From the NCBI GenBank assembly GCA_024137785.1, contig JAHRHZ010000289.1, positions 32,538,417 to 32,602,416 on the forward strand: a stretch of 64,000 nt of DNA. The letters run 5' to 3'. The position numbers and the translations under genes are program-made. Positions 49,661 to 62,395 of this stretch are shown here, in pieces. Numbering within the stretch: position 1 is the first letter of the stretch; every line of letters starts with the position of its first letter. The DNA comes from Ginglymostoma cirratum. Lineage: Eukaryota. The notes under the pieces were generated by a model. The model saw only the letters and a program-made list of their open reading frames with translations. It did not search any database and was not told where the DNA came from.

Positions 49661-50360
49661 TCAGTTTCATGTTATAATAGCTTACAGTTTCCACTGTGTT
49701 GTGCTGTTCTTTGCAGTGTAATTAGCCCAAATCATTCAGAACAGCATGAAGGATTAAGGAACTGCAAAGCCCATCCAGTATAAACCAATTGTGATAGTTT
49801 TGAAAACACTGGACTAGATAATAGTTTCCCCTGATAATTGTGAATTTTCACTAACTTTTTCACTCATTTTTAGAGCTTGTAAGAGGTTCCTAAATTTTAA
49901 TTGGCTGTATCTGGTGCAAGACATGTTCTAAAATAATTTCAGTGTTTAATAGAAAACTGGCTGTTATACACTGATACAACAATCAAACATTATGAATAGG
50001 TCTTTTTAAAACCAATTTCAAAATTGGACGACTCACAGCGGAAAAGGAACTCTGATTAAAATGTTGATTTACTGGTGATAAAATTAATTTTGTCTGTGTT
50101 AATGAAATAATATTAAGCTACTATTCTTAAAAGCATCAGGAAATAACTTTTAAATAAATTTATTCAAAAATGTTCTAAAATATTGCCGAGTGACAAAGGT
50201 TCATGTCATAACTTCCAAATCTGTTTCAGCAGAAATGAAAATTTAAAAAAGACTTCTTAAGCATTGCAGAATTTTCATGTGACTTCAAGCCAGCTTGCTA
50301 GTTGAACCCAAAGAAAAACTCAACCCTTATCTCTTTTTTGGAATGCATATCAATATTTTG

Positions 50361-50667
50361 GGGTGGTACGGTGGCTCAATGGTTAGCACTGCTAACTCAC
50401 AGTGCCAGGGACCCAGGTTTGATTCCACCCTCAGACGACTGCCTGTGTGGAGTTTGCACATTCTCCTGGTGTCTGCATGGGTTTCCTCCAACGGTCAAAA
50501 GATGCGTAGGTTCGGTGAATTGGCCTTACTAAATTGCCTGTAGGGTTCAAGAATGTGTAGACTAGGTGGGTTATAGGGGAATGTGTCTGGTTGGGATGCT
50601 CTGAGGGTCAGTGCGGACTTGTTGGGCCAAAGGGCCTGTTCCCACACTGTAGGGATTCTATGATCTA
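50361..50667 (+). mobile_element. HE1-type SINE, near full length
   Basis: GGTACGGTGGCTCAATGGTTAGCACTG, GGTTTGATTCC, V-core, tail CCCACACTGTAGGGATTCTATGATCTA. Confidence 0.92.
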
Positions 50668-51429
50668 TTTAATTACTATGGGGAGAAGAATTGGAAAGTT
50701 TTGAACTACTTGGACATACTCTGAACGGAAATGGGATCCTGTATGGTAATTTCTTGAAAAAGAAAGAAATCAACCAACAGCTTAATATGTACTGTAGTTT
50801 ACCTGCTGTTTACTCAAACACAAGTGACTTTGGAGAAACAGTCAATCATAAGTTTCAAGGAGATATGAGATGCTGCTTTCACCTTGATAATTGGAAAGCT
50901 TGGTTCTGAAAGCACTAGACAGCTTCTATGCCAAAGATTAACTGTCAACCCTTTCTGGTCTGAGAATTGGTATCACAGACCCAGGAGTCAGTGAAAAGAA
51001 GCTAAAAAGACTCTCCTGAAATTATGTTTCTCAGTAGAAGCTCCTGGGAATCTGATGGAGCTTCCAAATATCAATAAGTTTCTTCTCCTTGTTAAAACCT
51101 TAAGGGGTTGATTGAGGTCAAACCCTAAAGAGTCAATTCAAGTTAGTGGCAGTTGGAACAGGATGTTGACTATCAATCTATAGTTGTCAACAATTCAGCA
51201 TCATCAACAAGAAGTCCAGTGGATGTGAAAAGTCATCACATTTTATCCTTTCTTTCCCTGGATCACAGGGGTTTGTTTTTTTTTTGCCCTTTTGCACTTT
51301 TTTTTTCAAAATCTCATAATTTCTGTTGAAATATATCTTTTGAATTTTGCGTGGTTGTCTGTATGTGGAAACGAGGTGATATAGTTTTAAGTTCAGATTA
51401 TAGCTGAGGCATTAACCAGCTTTTGCCTC

Positions 51430-51770
51430 TTCATTCCCTTTCAGAACATAAAGCAATTCTCCACTATTAACAAACCTCTTCAGTTCTGAGGAAGGGTCAC
51501 TGGACCCAAAACGTTAACTCTGATCTTTTCTTCACAGATGTTGCCAGACCAGCTGATCATTTCCAGCAACTTCTGTTTTTGTTCCTTTGTCCATTGCACT
51601 GGGCCTCTGCCTCTGCCAAATGTATCAAATAAAAACATTTTCCAGCATCTTTCAGTGCTCACGAGGTTGTACCATACCTGAAATGTTTACTGTTTCTCTT
51701 TCCACAGATGCTGCCGGATCTGCTGAGTTTCTCCAGCATTCTCTGTGTTTGTTTCCAGTTTCCAACATGT
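51430..51770 (+). mobile_element. Tandem of two family B-type units, each with a hammerhead-like core
   Basis: AGTT-CTGAGGA-A-GGGTCACTGGACCC-AAAA-CGTT-AACT at 51482-51519; second CAGTG-CTCACGA-GGTTGTACCATACCT-GAAA-TGTT near 51653-51692; each followed by CACAGATG.TGCC.GA.C.GCTGA. Confidence 0.8.
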
Positions 51771-52611
51771 ACCTTTATTCAAGTGCTTGCTACTTACCTT
51801 AAGAATATATCTTGTTCATAGTAAGTGGAGTATTCGGCTCATTAAAGAAGACGATGAAAGTTTCTTTAATTGCAATACAAATGAAAGCAATTGGCCATTT
51901 TAGCAATTGAATCAACAAATTCGTTTTAATAGTGTATACTAGTTGAGTGGTGGGACTTGATTATTAGTGCATTCCTCATGCTACAGTCGTAACGGTCTTT
52001 TATTCAAACAGAAAGCCTCTTGGATTATGTCCAGTCCACATCTCTTTTATTATAATGAAAGTAGATTTGGCTTTATTTGGTTTCTCTTCATAGTTCAATA
52101 TCTTAAACCTGGATTCATTTCACTCAGTACTTTCAAATGCTTTATAGATTTTCCTGAAGTGAATCATACTCACAATGGATCATAATTATTCGGATATCTT
52201 CACATCGGTTCTTTTTAGTTCAAAGAATATCAAAGTAACTTTTTCATCTGTATACATGCAGATTAGATTTATCTTAAAATATTGCCAGAACAAACTGTGA
52301 TGATGATTTTAATATTTGATCAATAAATTTTTGACCTGTCATTTGCAATTCAATTTGTTTCTTCTATCTTATATTTATTAATGATAAATTAGGTTTATGA
52401 ATTATTTCCATAACTATAAGCTCACTGATGATCTCTTGCAATGCTGGCCTGTTCCTCCAACATCTTATTTCTCCATGCAGTATCGTTTACAAACTTAAGA
52501 TAGCCTACATTTAACAAATGCATCGATGTGATCTTTAAATAAGGTTGAGAGGATAGAGACGTCGAACAAATGCTTCATGTCTGTCTTTACAGTAAAACAC
52601 AAAGTTTTATC

Positions 52612-53010
52612 ATTCAATCCTCTCATGAAAAGCAGGCATCGCAAATGAGGCTAGCAGTCATTTCCCGTGCCTAAATGCCCTTGAACTGAGGGCTTGCTAG
52701 GCCATTTCAGAGGGCAGTTAGGAGTCAACCACATTGCTGTGGGTCTGCAGTCACATATGGGACAGACCAGAAAAGGATGGGAGATAGATTTCTCTCAATG
52801 ACATTAGTCAATCAGAATTTAGTTGTACAACTAACAAAGATAGTTTGATGATCACTATTACTGAGACAAGCTTTCATTTGCAGGCTTTAATCAAATTTAA
52901 TTTCGAGAATCTGCCATAGTGGGAATTGAACACATTTTAACCTACGCCTCCAGAGAATCAGCCTGGATCTCTGGATTACTGGTCTAGTGACATGAACAGT
53001 GCCACATTGC
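52612..53010 (-). mobile_element. tRNA-headed SINE (48438 family)
   Basis: TGCCCTTGAACTGAG..CTTGCTAGGCCATTTCAGAGGGCAGTTAGGAGTCAACCACATTGCTGTGGGTCTG...CTCTGGATTACTGGTCTAGTGACA. Confidence 0.9.
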
Positions 53011-53019
53011 TGTCACATT

Positions 53020-53730
53020 ATACTAAAAATAAAGGGTACTCAAAGAGTTAATAAGGAGGAAGAGCTTAAAACAATTAATAACCGCAGAACAAAAAATAGT
53101 GGATAAACTTAAGAGAAGATATATCTAGGTTGGTCAGACAGGCAGATCAGTGGGAGATGCAATATAACCCTGATAAGTGCGAGGTGACACACTTTGGAAG
53201 AAGTAACAAACACGGGATGCGTAATGATGGCAGAATAGTAGGAAGCTTAGATGAACAGTGGGATCTTGAAGCGCTTGTCCATAGATCCTTGAAGATGGCA
53301 GGACAGGTGAATAGGGTAGTTATGAATGTATATGGGACACTTGTCTTTATCAGTTGTGGTGTGGATTGTAAGAATATGGAGGTTGTCTTGGAGCTGGACA
53401 AAACTTTGGTTAGGCCACAGTTGGAGTAATACGTGCACTTCTGTTCGTCACACTATAGAAGGGATGTGATGGCACTCAAGGGGGTGCAAGGAGATTCACC
53501 AGGATGTTGCCTGGCTAGGAGCATTTTACCATGAAGCAAGGCTGGATAAGCTTGGGTTGTTTTCTTTAGAGCAGAGGAGGCTGAGGGAGGGACCTGAGTG
53601 AGGTGTGCAAGATTAAAAGAGGCATGGACAGGTTGGATAAAAAGCAGCTGTTCTCCACAGTGGAAGGGACAATAACAAGGGTGCATAATTTAAAAGAAAA
53701 GGGCAGGAGATTCACAGGAGGTTTGCGGAA
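53020..53730 (+). mobile_element. CR1 ORF2 C-terminal fragment
   Basis: ADQWEMQYNPDKCEVTHFGRSN...LDKTLVRPQLE; KRGMDRLDKKQLF. Confidence 0.92.
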
Positions 53731-53732
53731 AG

Positions 53733-54178
53733 ATAGAATCATTGAGACATACAGCACGGAAATAGACCCTTCGGTCCAACTTGTCCATGCCAACTAAGTT
53801 TCCCAAACTAAACTAGCCCCACTTGCCTTAATTTGGTCCATATCCCTCTAAATCTTTCCTATTCATGACCTGTCCAAATGTCTTTTATACATTGTAATTG
53901 CATCTATCACTTCCTCTGGCAGTTCATTTCAGATACGAACCACCCTCTATATGAAAAAGTTGCCCCTCAGGTCCCTTTTAAATATTTCTCCTCTTCTCAT
54001 TTTGAAATCCCCTACATTAGGGAAAAGACCTTTGCTATTCACCTTATCTATGCCCCTCATGATTTTATAAACCTCTATAAGGTCATCTGTCAACCTCCTA
54101 CGCGCCAGTGAAAACAGTCCCAGCCCATCCAGCCTCTCCTCATAACTTGAACCTTCCAGTTCCAGCAACATCCTTGTA
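53733..54178 (-). mobile_element. CR1 3' fragment
   Basis: LEGSSYEERLDGLGLFSLARRRLTDDLIEVYKIMRGIDKV; tail inverse ATAGAATCATTGAGACATACAGCACGGAAA. Confidence 0.92.
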
Positions 54179-54179
54179 T

Positions 54180-54695
54180 CCATGAAGTGGTGGACTGTTC
54201 CTGTGCTCAAATTGTCCTGGCAGCAGCATTCCAATCAAAGATGCTGGTACATTCAACATTCAGGTACAGAACTATCTCACAAGAAGCAGAGATGTGCAAT
54301 TAGGGTGCAGTGAGGCTAGTACACGCTCATTGCCAATGCCTAAGAATAGTGAGTGTGTTCAGTTGCTGCCCATATACCATGCCCTGAGATGTTAGTGACT
54401 ACTGTCCAAGAAGGAGGCCAAGAGGATCAAGCAGTGAGCTTAAGGTACCTGGTAACCACTCTGAGTTTATCAATGAGGTGAGATTAACTCATACTGAGCT
54501 GTTAATGCACACCATTAAAATCAAATAGGCCTCTTCCTGCTCACTAGTAAGATTCTCATCTTGCAATTCAAGAATTAGTTGGAGAAGGGGACTGCTTGCT
54601 CCCAATGTTGAGAATCTCATTCTTGTCAATCAAACCTGTTTTCCCTGTTTCCTCACCAATACATATGTCATTCAGGGGTAGGGAAGGTTGTACCT
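54180..54695 (+). mobile_element. Second, inverted copy of the 44920-45480 Harbinger-like terminal region
   Basis: CTGTGCTCA.A.TG.CCTGGCA...GCATT, GTGAGGCT, TGAGATG, CAAGAAG, GTGAGCT colinear with the reverse complement of 45100-45460. Confidence 0.5.
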
Positions 54696-55160
54696 GATAT
54701 GTTTTTACAAAAGACAAATCCTGTTTGTTGAGTTATGAACATTTTTGAGGACGTACTAAAGTTGATTAATATGAATTATTTGATGTTGAATACTTGGTTT
54801 TCCAAAGACATTTGATATGGTGCCACAGGACATGCTAATGCACAAGATATGGCCTTGTGGATATAGAGATAATATATTGTGGCTGGAATTAGTTACTGGT
54901 CAGAACAGTGATAAATAGGGCATTTCCATAAACAGTAGGGGAATCGATATTTTAAGATTGAGACAAGAAGAAATGTCTTCATTCAGAGGAATGTGAATCT
55001 TTGCACCATTCTCCTTTGATGTGTTGTGGAGCTCATTCATTATGTAGACTCAGAGCTGAGACAGTTTTGGTCTCATGGAGAATCAAGAGATTTTGGAAGC
55101 TGACTTGAAAGTGAAACTCGTGGAATTTCAGCCATTCCTGGATTGAATGGTGGGGTGGTC
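54696..55160 (+). mobile_element. Old CR1 fragments
   Basis: TACTTGGTTTTCCAAAGACATTTGAT..GGTGCCACA; AAGAAGAAATGTCTTCATTCAGAGGAATGTGAATCTTTG. Confidence 0.65.
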
Positions 55161-56449
55161 ATAAGATCTGGCTTTTCACTTTTTAAAAATCTTTCTCTTG
55201 CCTAACTGACAGAATTGGGAGATTACCAGGAGGAGTATGTGTGAAGCAACATACTCATGTGAATCCAGTGAGAAGGGGTTTTTTCAGCATCTTTTCATAT
55301 TTTCCTCTTAATTCACAAATTGAAAGGATACACCAATGAATCTGGAAATGCAACTTGCATTAGGATCCTTATTGATTTTTTGGGGTACTGGGATCTTGAT
55401 AAAGAAAGAAAAAGGAGGACTCTGACTATAAAGTCTCACCTCTTTCCAGCTCTATCCCACAGCCACTGGCCAAGAGCAGTTGGGCTCGTGGATCCACAAA
55501 AAATGCTTCTGTTTGCCTATCTTATGAATGAAGTACACAGCCTTTTCTGAGGAAGAAAATTTATGTAAGAGGATTATCATGACTTAGTATGGATCAAGGA
55601 AAAATTAAACTTGACTTTCTGTCATAAGACAGTGGTCTTCAAGTCCAGCAGAAACTGAGAGAGAAAAATAAACTCCAGGATTACTTAAGCGTGAGGTCAT
55701 AGCTGTAACTCTTAGCCTGCAAATTTCAACAATTGCATCAAAATTCTGTAAGCTTATTATTTCAAACTCAACATTTGGGATTTTCCCTTATAAAACTTTT
55801 CACTGTTTCTTTTATGGCGTGTTTTCTATTTGTGTGCACCTTTTACACAACCCTACACAATGTTCTCCCCTGAATTATAACTCTCACATCCTGGAAGAGC
55901 CAATGATTCATTTTGTAGGTAATTGTGCAGTTGTAGACACTTACAGATGTGTTTCAAAGTAGCTCCAGATACGGAAGATGTCTAGTCCACCTACCCTTCC
56001 TTAACCCAGTGAAGTGTAAATGCATGGTCTTATGCCACATAGCCTTTTTAAACGAATGGTAAAAAATCACTGTCAAAACTGGCAGTCACAACATCAGTGG
56101 GACCAGAAAGACAAAATTACTGAAAGCAAAGTGACTCCAGTACACAAGAAACGTAACTTTAACCCGTTGCTAAACTGCTACTACAATGGTGGTGAAGTTG
56201 ATTCGAAATCAAACATTAATTACATAACATATTTTCAGTCCTATCATGCAGGAAAGCTTGCAATAAAGGAAAATCCAAACAGAAATCATGTCTTTCTGAT
56301 AACCATACCATCAGAAGTAAAAGTGGTATTATGACAAAATGTTGCTTAATAAAGTTGTATATATCCTCAGTGCTCTGTGCTAATGGAGGTATCTACATAG
56401 TCAAAATAAATGATTTAATATCTGCATTAAAATAGCTGAGAACTTTTAG

Positions 56450-56815
56450 TTTTCATGGGATGTGGCAGTGCTTGATACACATTCATAATTGCCCTTGAAC
56501 TGAGTGATTTGTTAGACCACTTCAGAAGGCATTAACAGTCAACAACATTGCTGTACCTTGGAGTCACATGTAGATGAGATCAGAAAGGAGGTAGATTTCC
56601 TTCCTGAAAGGAGATTAGTAAACCAGTTAGGTTTTATGACAATTGACAATACTTCCATGGTCACCATTACTGAGATTAGCTTTCAATTCTAGATTTTATT
56701 TATCGATTTTAAATCCCACTTGCTGCCAAGGTGAGATTTGAACTCATATCCCCAGAGTATTAACCTGGGCCATTGGATTTAATCGAGTGACATTATCACC
56801 AGGCCATCATCTCAC
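56450..56815 (-). mobile_element. tRNA-headed SINE (48438 family)
   Basis: TAATTGCCCTTGAACTGAGTG...GGAGTCACATGTAG...CCATGGTCACCATTACTGAGA...GATTTGAACTCAT.TCCCCAGAG. Confidence 0.88.
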
Positions 56816-57869
56816 CATATATATTGGAAACAGTAATTTCTAAGCTTATTTTACAACCAAAAAAGCAATTTCCTTGAACTCAAATCTACATTGCAAAATT
56901 TCCCAAAACAGGATAAAAGTTTGACATGGATATTGCCATGCATAACAGCCATGACAGTGATGCATCTTCCAGTCTTAGTGCTAAGGTGCCCTTTAGTAGA
57001 GCTGTAGGAAGGATTTATCCTGTCCCTTGCAAATGCTGCTTCTGACATTTCAAAGCTAACTTTTGATGTCGAGGTTTAAAACAATGCAACATTTCTCATC
57101 AATGACCTCATTAACTTACAGTTAAAAAAAAGCATATATTCTCACTCTCTTTACCTCACATCTGAAAGTGAAAATACAAGATAGGAGCCACACTTTCCCT
57201 CTGTCCAACTTCTGTTTAGCTAGATTCTTTTAATAAAGGCAGCTTTGTGGCAATGACCTCAACAGTAATACAATCAGAACAATGACACATGAAAAATTGC
57301 ATCGACAAAACAAGGCCATGGGTCATATGGTCTAATTTTGCACTGCAACATTTAACCAAGCACAGGCCCCTTTGAGTTGCCAGAACATTATTGATCAGTT
57401 GTGTGTGTCAGACTCTTAGTAATTGGTATGCAAATTCCATGGAAAGACTGTGAGAAAAGCAAGTCACTGTCAAGGTATAAAAGATAAAAGCAGTTTGTTC
57501 AAGCGAGTTGTTCATTACTCTTTGGCAAAAGCTGACAGACTTTTAAAAGGAAGTTAGGTTCAATTCATCTTCATTAAAGAGTTAATTGTTCAGTGACCTC
57601 AGCATTCTTTGAAAGTACTTAAACTTTCAGATCAATAAGGACAAATGTGAGCTTGTTCAATAATTTCAGTTCTCTCTCTTTCTCTCTCTCTCTCTGTTTC
57701 TTGCACTCTTCAATACATATCAGCTTTTGTAGCATTGTACCTTTACTGATAATATATTTATCCATCAATCTTAGACAAAATTAATAAATCACCCTTTGTT
57801 CTCCAACTGTACCCATATAAGGTGCAAAAGTTAAATTATTTTCAGCAATCTTTCAGTGGTTATCAACAT

Positions 57870-58200
57870 TTGTGCTCATTCTTGTTTCCAAATCCCTTCT
57901 TGGCCATTCCACCTTTCCTGTGTGACCTCCTCCAATGCCATAGACATCTTCACTCTTCCAGTTCCGGTCACTTTGCATTTCTGATTTCCACAAGGCTAAC
58001 ACCTGCATCCACACATTTAGTTACCGAGACCCTAAGATCGGAAATACCATTCTTAAACCCACTACCTCTACCTTCTCGGTTAAAATGCTCCATTGGATAA
58101 GCTTTTTATCTCCTCTCCTAATCAGTCAGATTATGCGGTCGTTATGAGGGCAAAATTGTCAGTGCTTCTCATCCATGCTCCACTGAAACTGACCGAAACT
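57870..58200 (+). mobile_element. L2-like LINE 3' fragment
   Basis: CTCATTCTTGTTTCCAAATCCCTTC.TGGCC...TGTGACCTCCTCCA...CCCTAAGATC.GAAAT. Confidence 0.6.
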
Positions 58201-61200
58201 TTGGGAATCCACAGATACAGAGATCACCCGAAACCCAGAAGTTGCTCTCAGCAATTCTTCAGAGGAAGGTGTGTTGTCAAGGTCCTTCTCGATGGCAAAT
58301 AATTAGCTAGATTTCTGAGAAAATTGTTGAGCAGTTGAAGGTCCAGTGTTGTGCCATTAGTCTTGCTGCAGAAATGTGAACATCTGACCCTTTGAAAAGG
58401 TTGCACCTTGTTGAATGATGTGTAACTGGTTTTTAACATCAAGCTAACCTCATGATCACTGCTTAGATTTCTTTCAGGAGTGAAAAAGAAATTTTGTATT
58501 GGTACAAAATCAAATTTCCCTGGTGTAATAAAACAAAACTTTTTTTTGTATTTTTAAGCTTATTTCACTTTATTTCTACCTTAATCTAACCACACATTTG
58601 TGTTGTTTTCTAAAATTTTAAATTAAAAGTGAAGAGATTCACTGCTTTTCACTTATTAGGGTTCCATTTTCACTATGCTTCAATATGATTAGCTACTTAC
58701 TAGCACCATGCATGATGACCCCTTTGGTTTGCCACCAGATAATGTAATGTAAAATCTATGTTGAAGAGTCGTAACTTCTTTGTTGGAAGCTTTTTTCAAG
58801 TTTCGGCCAAAATCTTTGATGTGACTCAGTGACTTGCAGCTATACTCATGTGAAGTGCCTCGGTAATTTTTATGACGTTGAAGGCAATTTTTGAAAATAA
58901 GTTGTTTTTATTGCTGTTATTCTTCCCCCTGCCAAGGGCATTAACTCTACACTTTAGCCACATCGGAGCTCTTGTGCTCTTAGCATCTGAATTGCTAGAA
59001 CAAAATAAGAAACTCAAAGCTGTTTTCATTCAATAACAAGTCATCCAAATGCTCAGTTTCCAAATGAATGTTGCACCTAGCACCGAGTACCTGAGCCCCT
59101 GATCCCAGCAGGATCAGCTAGCCCATGCAGTCCCCAGAAGCTCTAATAATTTAGTCATGATTGCAAAGTGTGGAATTATGTGGTCCCAACAAAGCAGAAT
59201 GATTCATTTAGAGCAATCCTTGGATTTTGGAATTGCTCATTCTATGTAGTCCCTCAACACTAATTTGATGCTGATAAACAGTGGAACTGTTTCACAGGTG
59301 TGGTTCGCATACAACAAAATAATTTGCCAGTCTCTCGTGTCTTTGCTTGAATAAATTGTCCACTCAGTTTGATTGGTGGAACTATTGTATCCATCACTAT
59401 TTGCTAGACAACAAAATGATTTGATCAGTCAGCGTAGCCTCCGGGACAATGCAGTCTGCCAGTCAAGCAATATCTAAGGTCAGAGAGTGAAATAATTTTG
59501 ATAATGTCATTCCTGATAAGTATGGTTGCTCAAGAAATTAGTAGTGTAATAGTTCCTTAAAAAGGTTACACAATGCATTTTCATTTTAATTGAATTAAAA
59601 ATGAAACAATGTCATTGTCTTGAATTATTTCTGCAAGAACACCAGCTCTAATTTGTGATACATCGCTCTTTGAGGTCGGCAACTTCAGAAAAAGAGATTT
59701 TTTGCACTTTAGTTGCACAATGCATGAATGCAATATAATGTGCTGCTGAAATTATGAACATGGTGTATTCAATAACTTTCTTTGGAACTGAGCATCTAGA
59801 TATAGCTGGCATTTTTCTGCACCTTTTGTTTCTGACGATTCACTAGAGTCCACACAGCTGATTTTATGGGGGGCAGTTCTTGGGAAAACATCTCTTCCCC
59901 AGATATAAAAAAATAGGAAACTGGAGGGCAGACTTTTGATGATAGACCTCAATTCTCTTTACATTGCCCACAACAGTTTCAGGCCAAAATTTCCCATGGA
60001 AGTGAAGAAGAAAGAAGAGTTAATATTCTTTCCTAACATTTTTTCCTAGTGTTATCCATTTCCAGGGCAGCTGAAGGAGCAGGCAGTGGATCTTCTGCTT
60101 GCCACCCCTTCAGATCAATGGATCCGAAAGGGGTCACATGACAAGGGAAGTGTGGATCTAAATTTATAACTTTCTATTACAGCCTCTGAACAATTGATCA
60201 AGCCTAGGTGCCTTCAGACAACTGTCTTTTTCCTTAGCTGTGCTTCTGTTGCTATGCCCATTTCCCAGCACATGACCCTGCCTGCTGCCAAAAGTATGAC
60301 CTCCCAAGTTGATGACCTGACTCTACCAAACCTGGAGGCTTCAAGAGATGGAGTTTTCTTCAGATGCATTGTGCTTGACCAGAATTTGGGGACATTTAAG
60401 GAGGGTGGGAGGGCAAAATATTAAAGACAGAGTTACCAAACCCCGCATGATAACTGATAAATCCTCTGCCAAAATATGAAAGCTCAATTCATTGTCCTTA
60501 GCCATGTGACTAAAAGAACATTATATTTTTCTTTTACTGCCAATTTCAAGACAGGGTAGTGTGAACTAATAACCTTGTTGCTGTCTCCGTGCATTTTTCA
60601 ATCCTCATCAATGGTCTATTGTTCTATTTTGTAAATAATTATCTTGTGACTTGATAAAGATACCAATGAGCTAGGTCAAGCAGAAGTCTGCCCCCTCCTC
60701 AGGTAAAAGCTGTCTTTTGTGATACTCAAATTCAATACTCACATGTACTACCAGGTGCTTTTACACATCAGGCTTTTTTAAAAATGTCTGCCTGCGTAGC
60801 CTTTATTATTTTATGTGCACTCAAATCGTTGCACTGTCACGATCAAGGAGATAAATAAATTCTCATTGGCGGAGCTGTAAAATATCACACCTGACTTCAA
60901 AATAATCACGGTTGCTGATGAAAGTGGAAGAGAGATATTTGTTGCAAAATCTGTACTGCAGAAGGACAGGATATGTTCAGTGGTTCAAAAAGTTACAAGT
61001 TGTGCCTAACTTAAGAATTTTTTATGCTTGCTAACTTAGAGAATGGTCCATAGCAGACAATACCAACTGACTTGAAGCATTCTGAAAGGCACTGAGGCCA
61101 ATTTCTTTTTGCTTTAGAAAGGACGTAGGTACTGGTGGTGGAACAGGGGAAAAAAAAACTTTGATGCTTGAAACTGGATCTGAAAGATATGATAAGTGGC

Positions 61201-61252
61201 TTTTACTTTGTTTTCCTCCATGTCAATGCTACCAGCACAGGGAGTGTGTTAC

Positions 61253-61339
61253 AAGGGTCTAGGCCCGAAACGTCAAGCTTTCCTGCCCCTATGATGCTGC
61301 TTGGCCTGCTGTGTTCATCCAGCTCCACACCTTGTTATC
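61253..61339 (+). mobile_element. Family A element truncated within the ribozyme core
   Basis: AAGGGTCTAGGCCCGAAACGTCAAGCTTTCCTG...CACACCTTGTTATC; the CTGATG box is missing. Confidence 0.9.
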
Positions 61340-62344
61340 ATGGAGGAAATGTGATATTGGTTTGTGAGGGTTATCAAATTTGATCTCCTTGAATAAACAT
61401 GCATGTTGTGACATTGATAACACTGGGTTTACTCTGACAGTATCTATCTGACTCTGGTTCATATGACTTAAAGTTGTAGTTTGCTGAAGTACTGCAGGCA
61501 GTGTAGTGAAGAGCCACAAAGTCAATACCTACTCTTAGAAAATCCAAGTTCTGAAAGATTCATGTTCAACAAATTAAAATGATCTTTCAGACAACCAAAC
61601 AGTGGCAATGGTACAGGCTCATTTGCACATTTGTGGTTCTCAGAGGTAACTGCACACGATAAGAGTGGATCTGTCTCAGGCTGCCCTGATATTCATGAGT
61701 GGGATGTCAAAAACCATCCAAACCATGTACTCTCAGTGAAGCATTGTCCAAGCCCTCTGGAGAAATCAGGTACTCATTTGGATTTGGTATCTTTCATAGA
61801 GGTCAGGAGCTTTGTGGGAGCTGTAAGTTGTACTTTGGGTATACTAAATATAGGTATGAATGTGCATAAATTCACTGGGATTGTCAAGCTCGTGGCTGCC
61901 AAAATAGTTGCCCACGGTGAATACAATGTGGGCTGGCAAGGTATGTGCAAGGGAAAGTGATGGTGGGTGGTGGGGGTTTGGGGGAGGGGCGGTGGGGCAG
62001 TGAGATGGCATGACTTGGAAGTAGGTTTGCAAGCATAGGATGACATGATGGGTCTGAGAGACCATGGGGGTGTGGTGATGGTATCAGGTGGCATAGTTTG
62101 ACATGGATGGGGCATGGGCATAATGTGGGATGTGAAGGGTCAAGACTGAATGGTTGATTTGGCTTGTTTCCATCACCTCAGGCGGTAGTACACTGACCTA
62201 GGTCATCTATCCAGCCTGCCTCAAAACCAAACATGTCGCTTCACCAAACCAGTGTCTCCCACTGTGACTACCATGAAACCTTGCATCCCAGCCCATCCCA
62301 CCACCAACAACATCCCCCCCACCACCCCTACCCACCACCCCCCC

Positions 62345-62395
62345 ACACACACACAAACACATACACACACGCGCGCGCACGTGCACACACATACA
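62345..62395. repeat. (CA)n/(CG)n alternating purine-pyrimidine microsatellite
   Basis: CACACAC...CACGCGCGCGCACGTGCACACAC. Confidence 0.95.

Noticed and set aside
50361-50432. tRNA gene
   Set aside because: A/B boxes continue directly into SINE core and tail; same for 6350-6420, 36700-36770 and 49177-49230
4270-61339. Recurrent short palindromic motifs as CRISPR repeats or prokaryotic terminators
   Set aside because: Dispersed, not arrayed with spacers; vertebrate repeat context
61620-61960. ORF 61631..61960 as a transposase or exon
   Set aside because: No DDE or other motif identifiable
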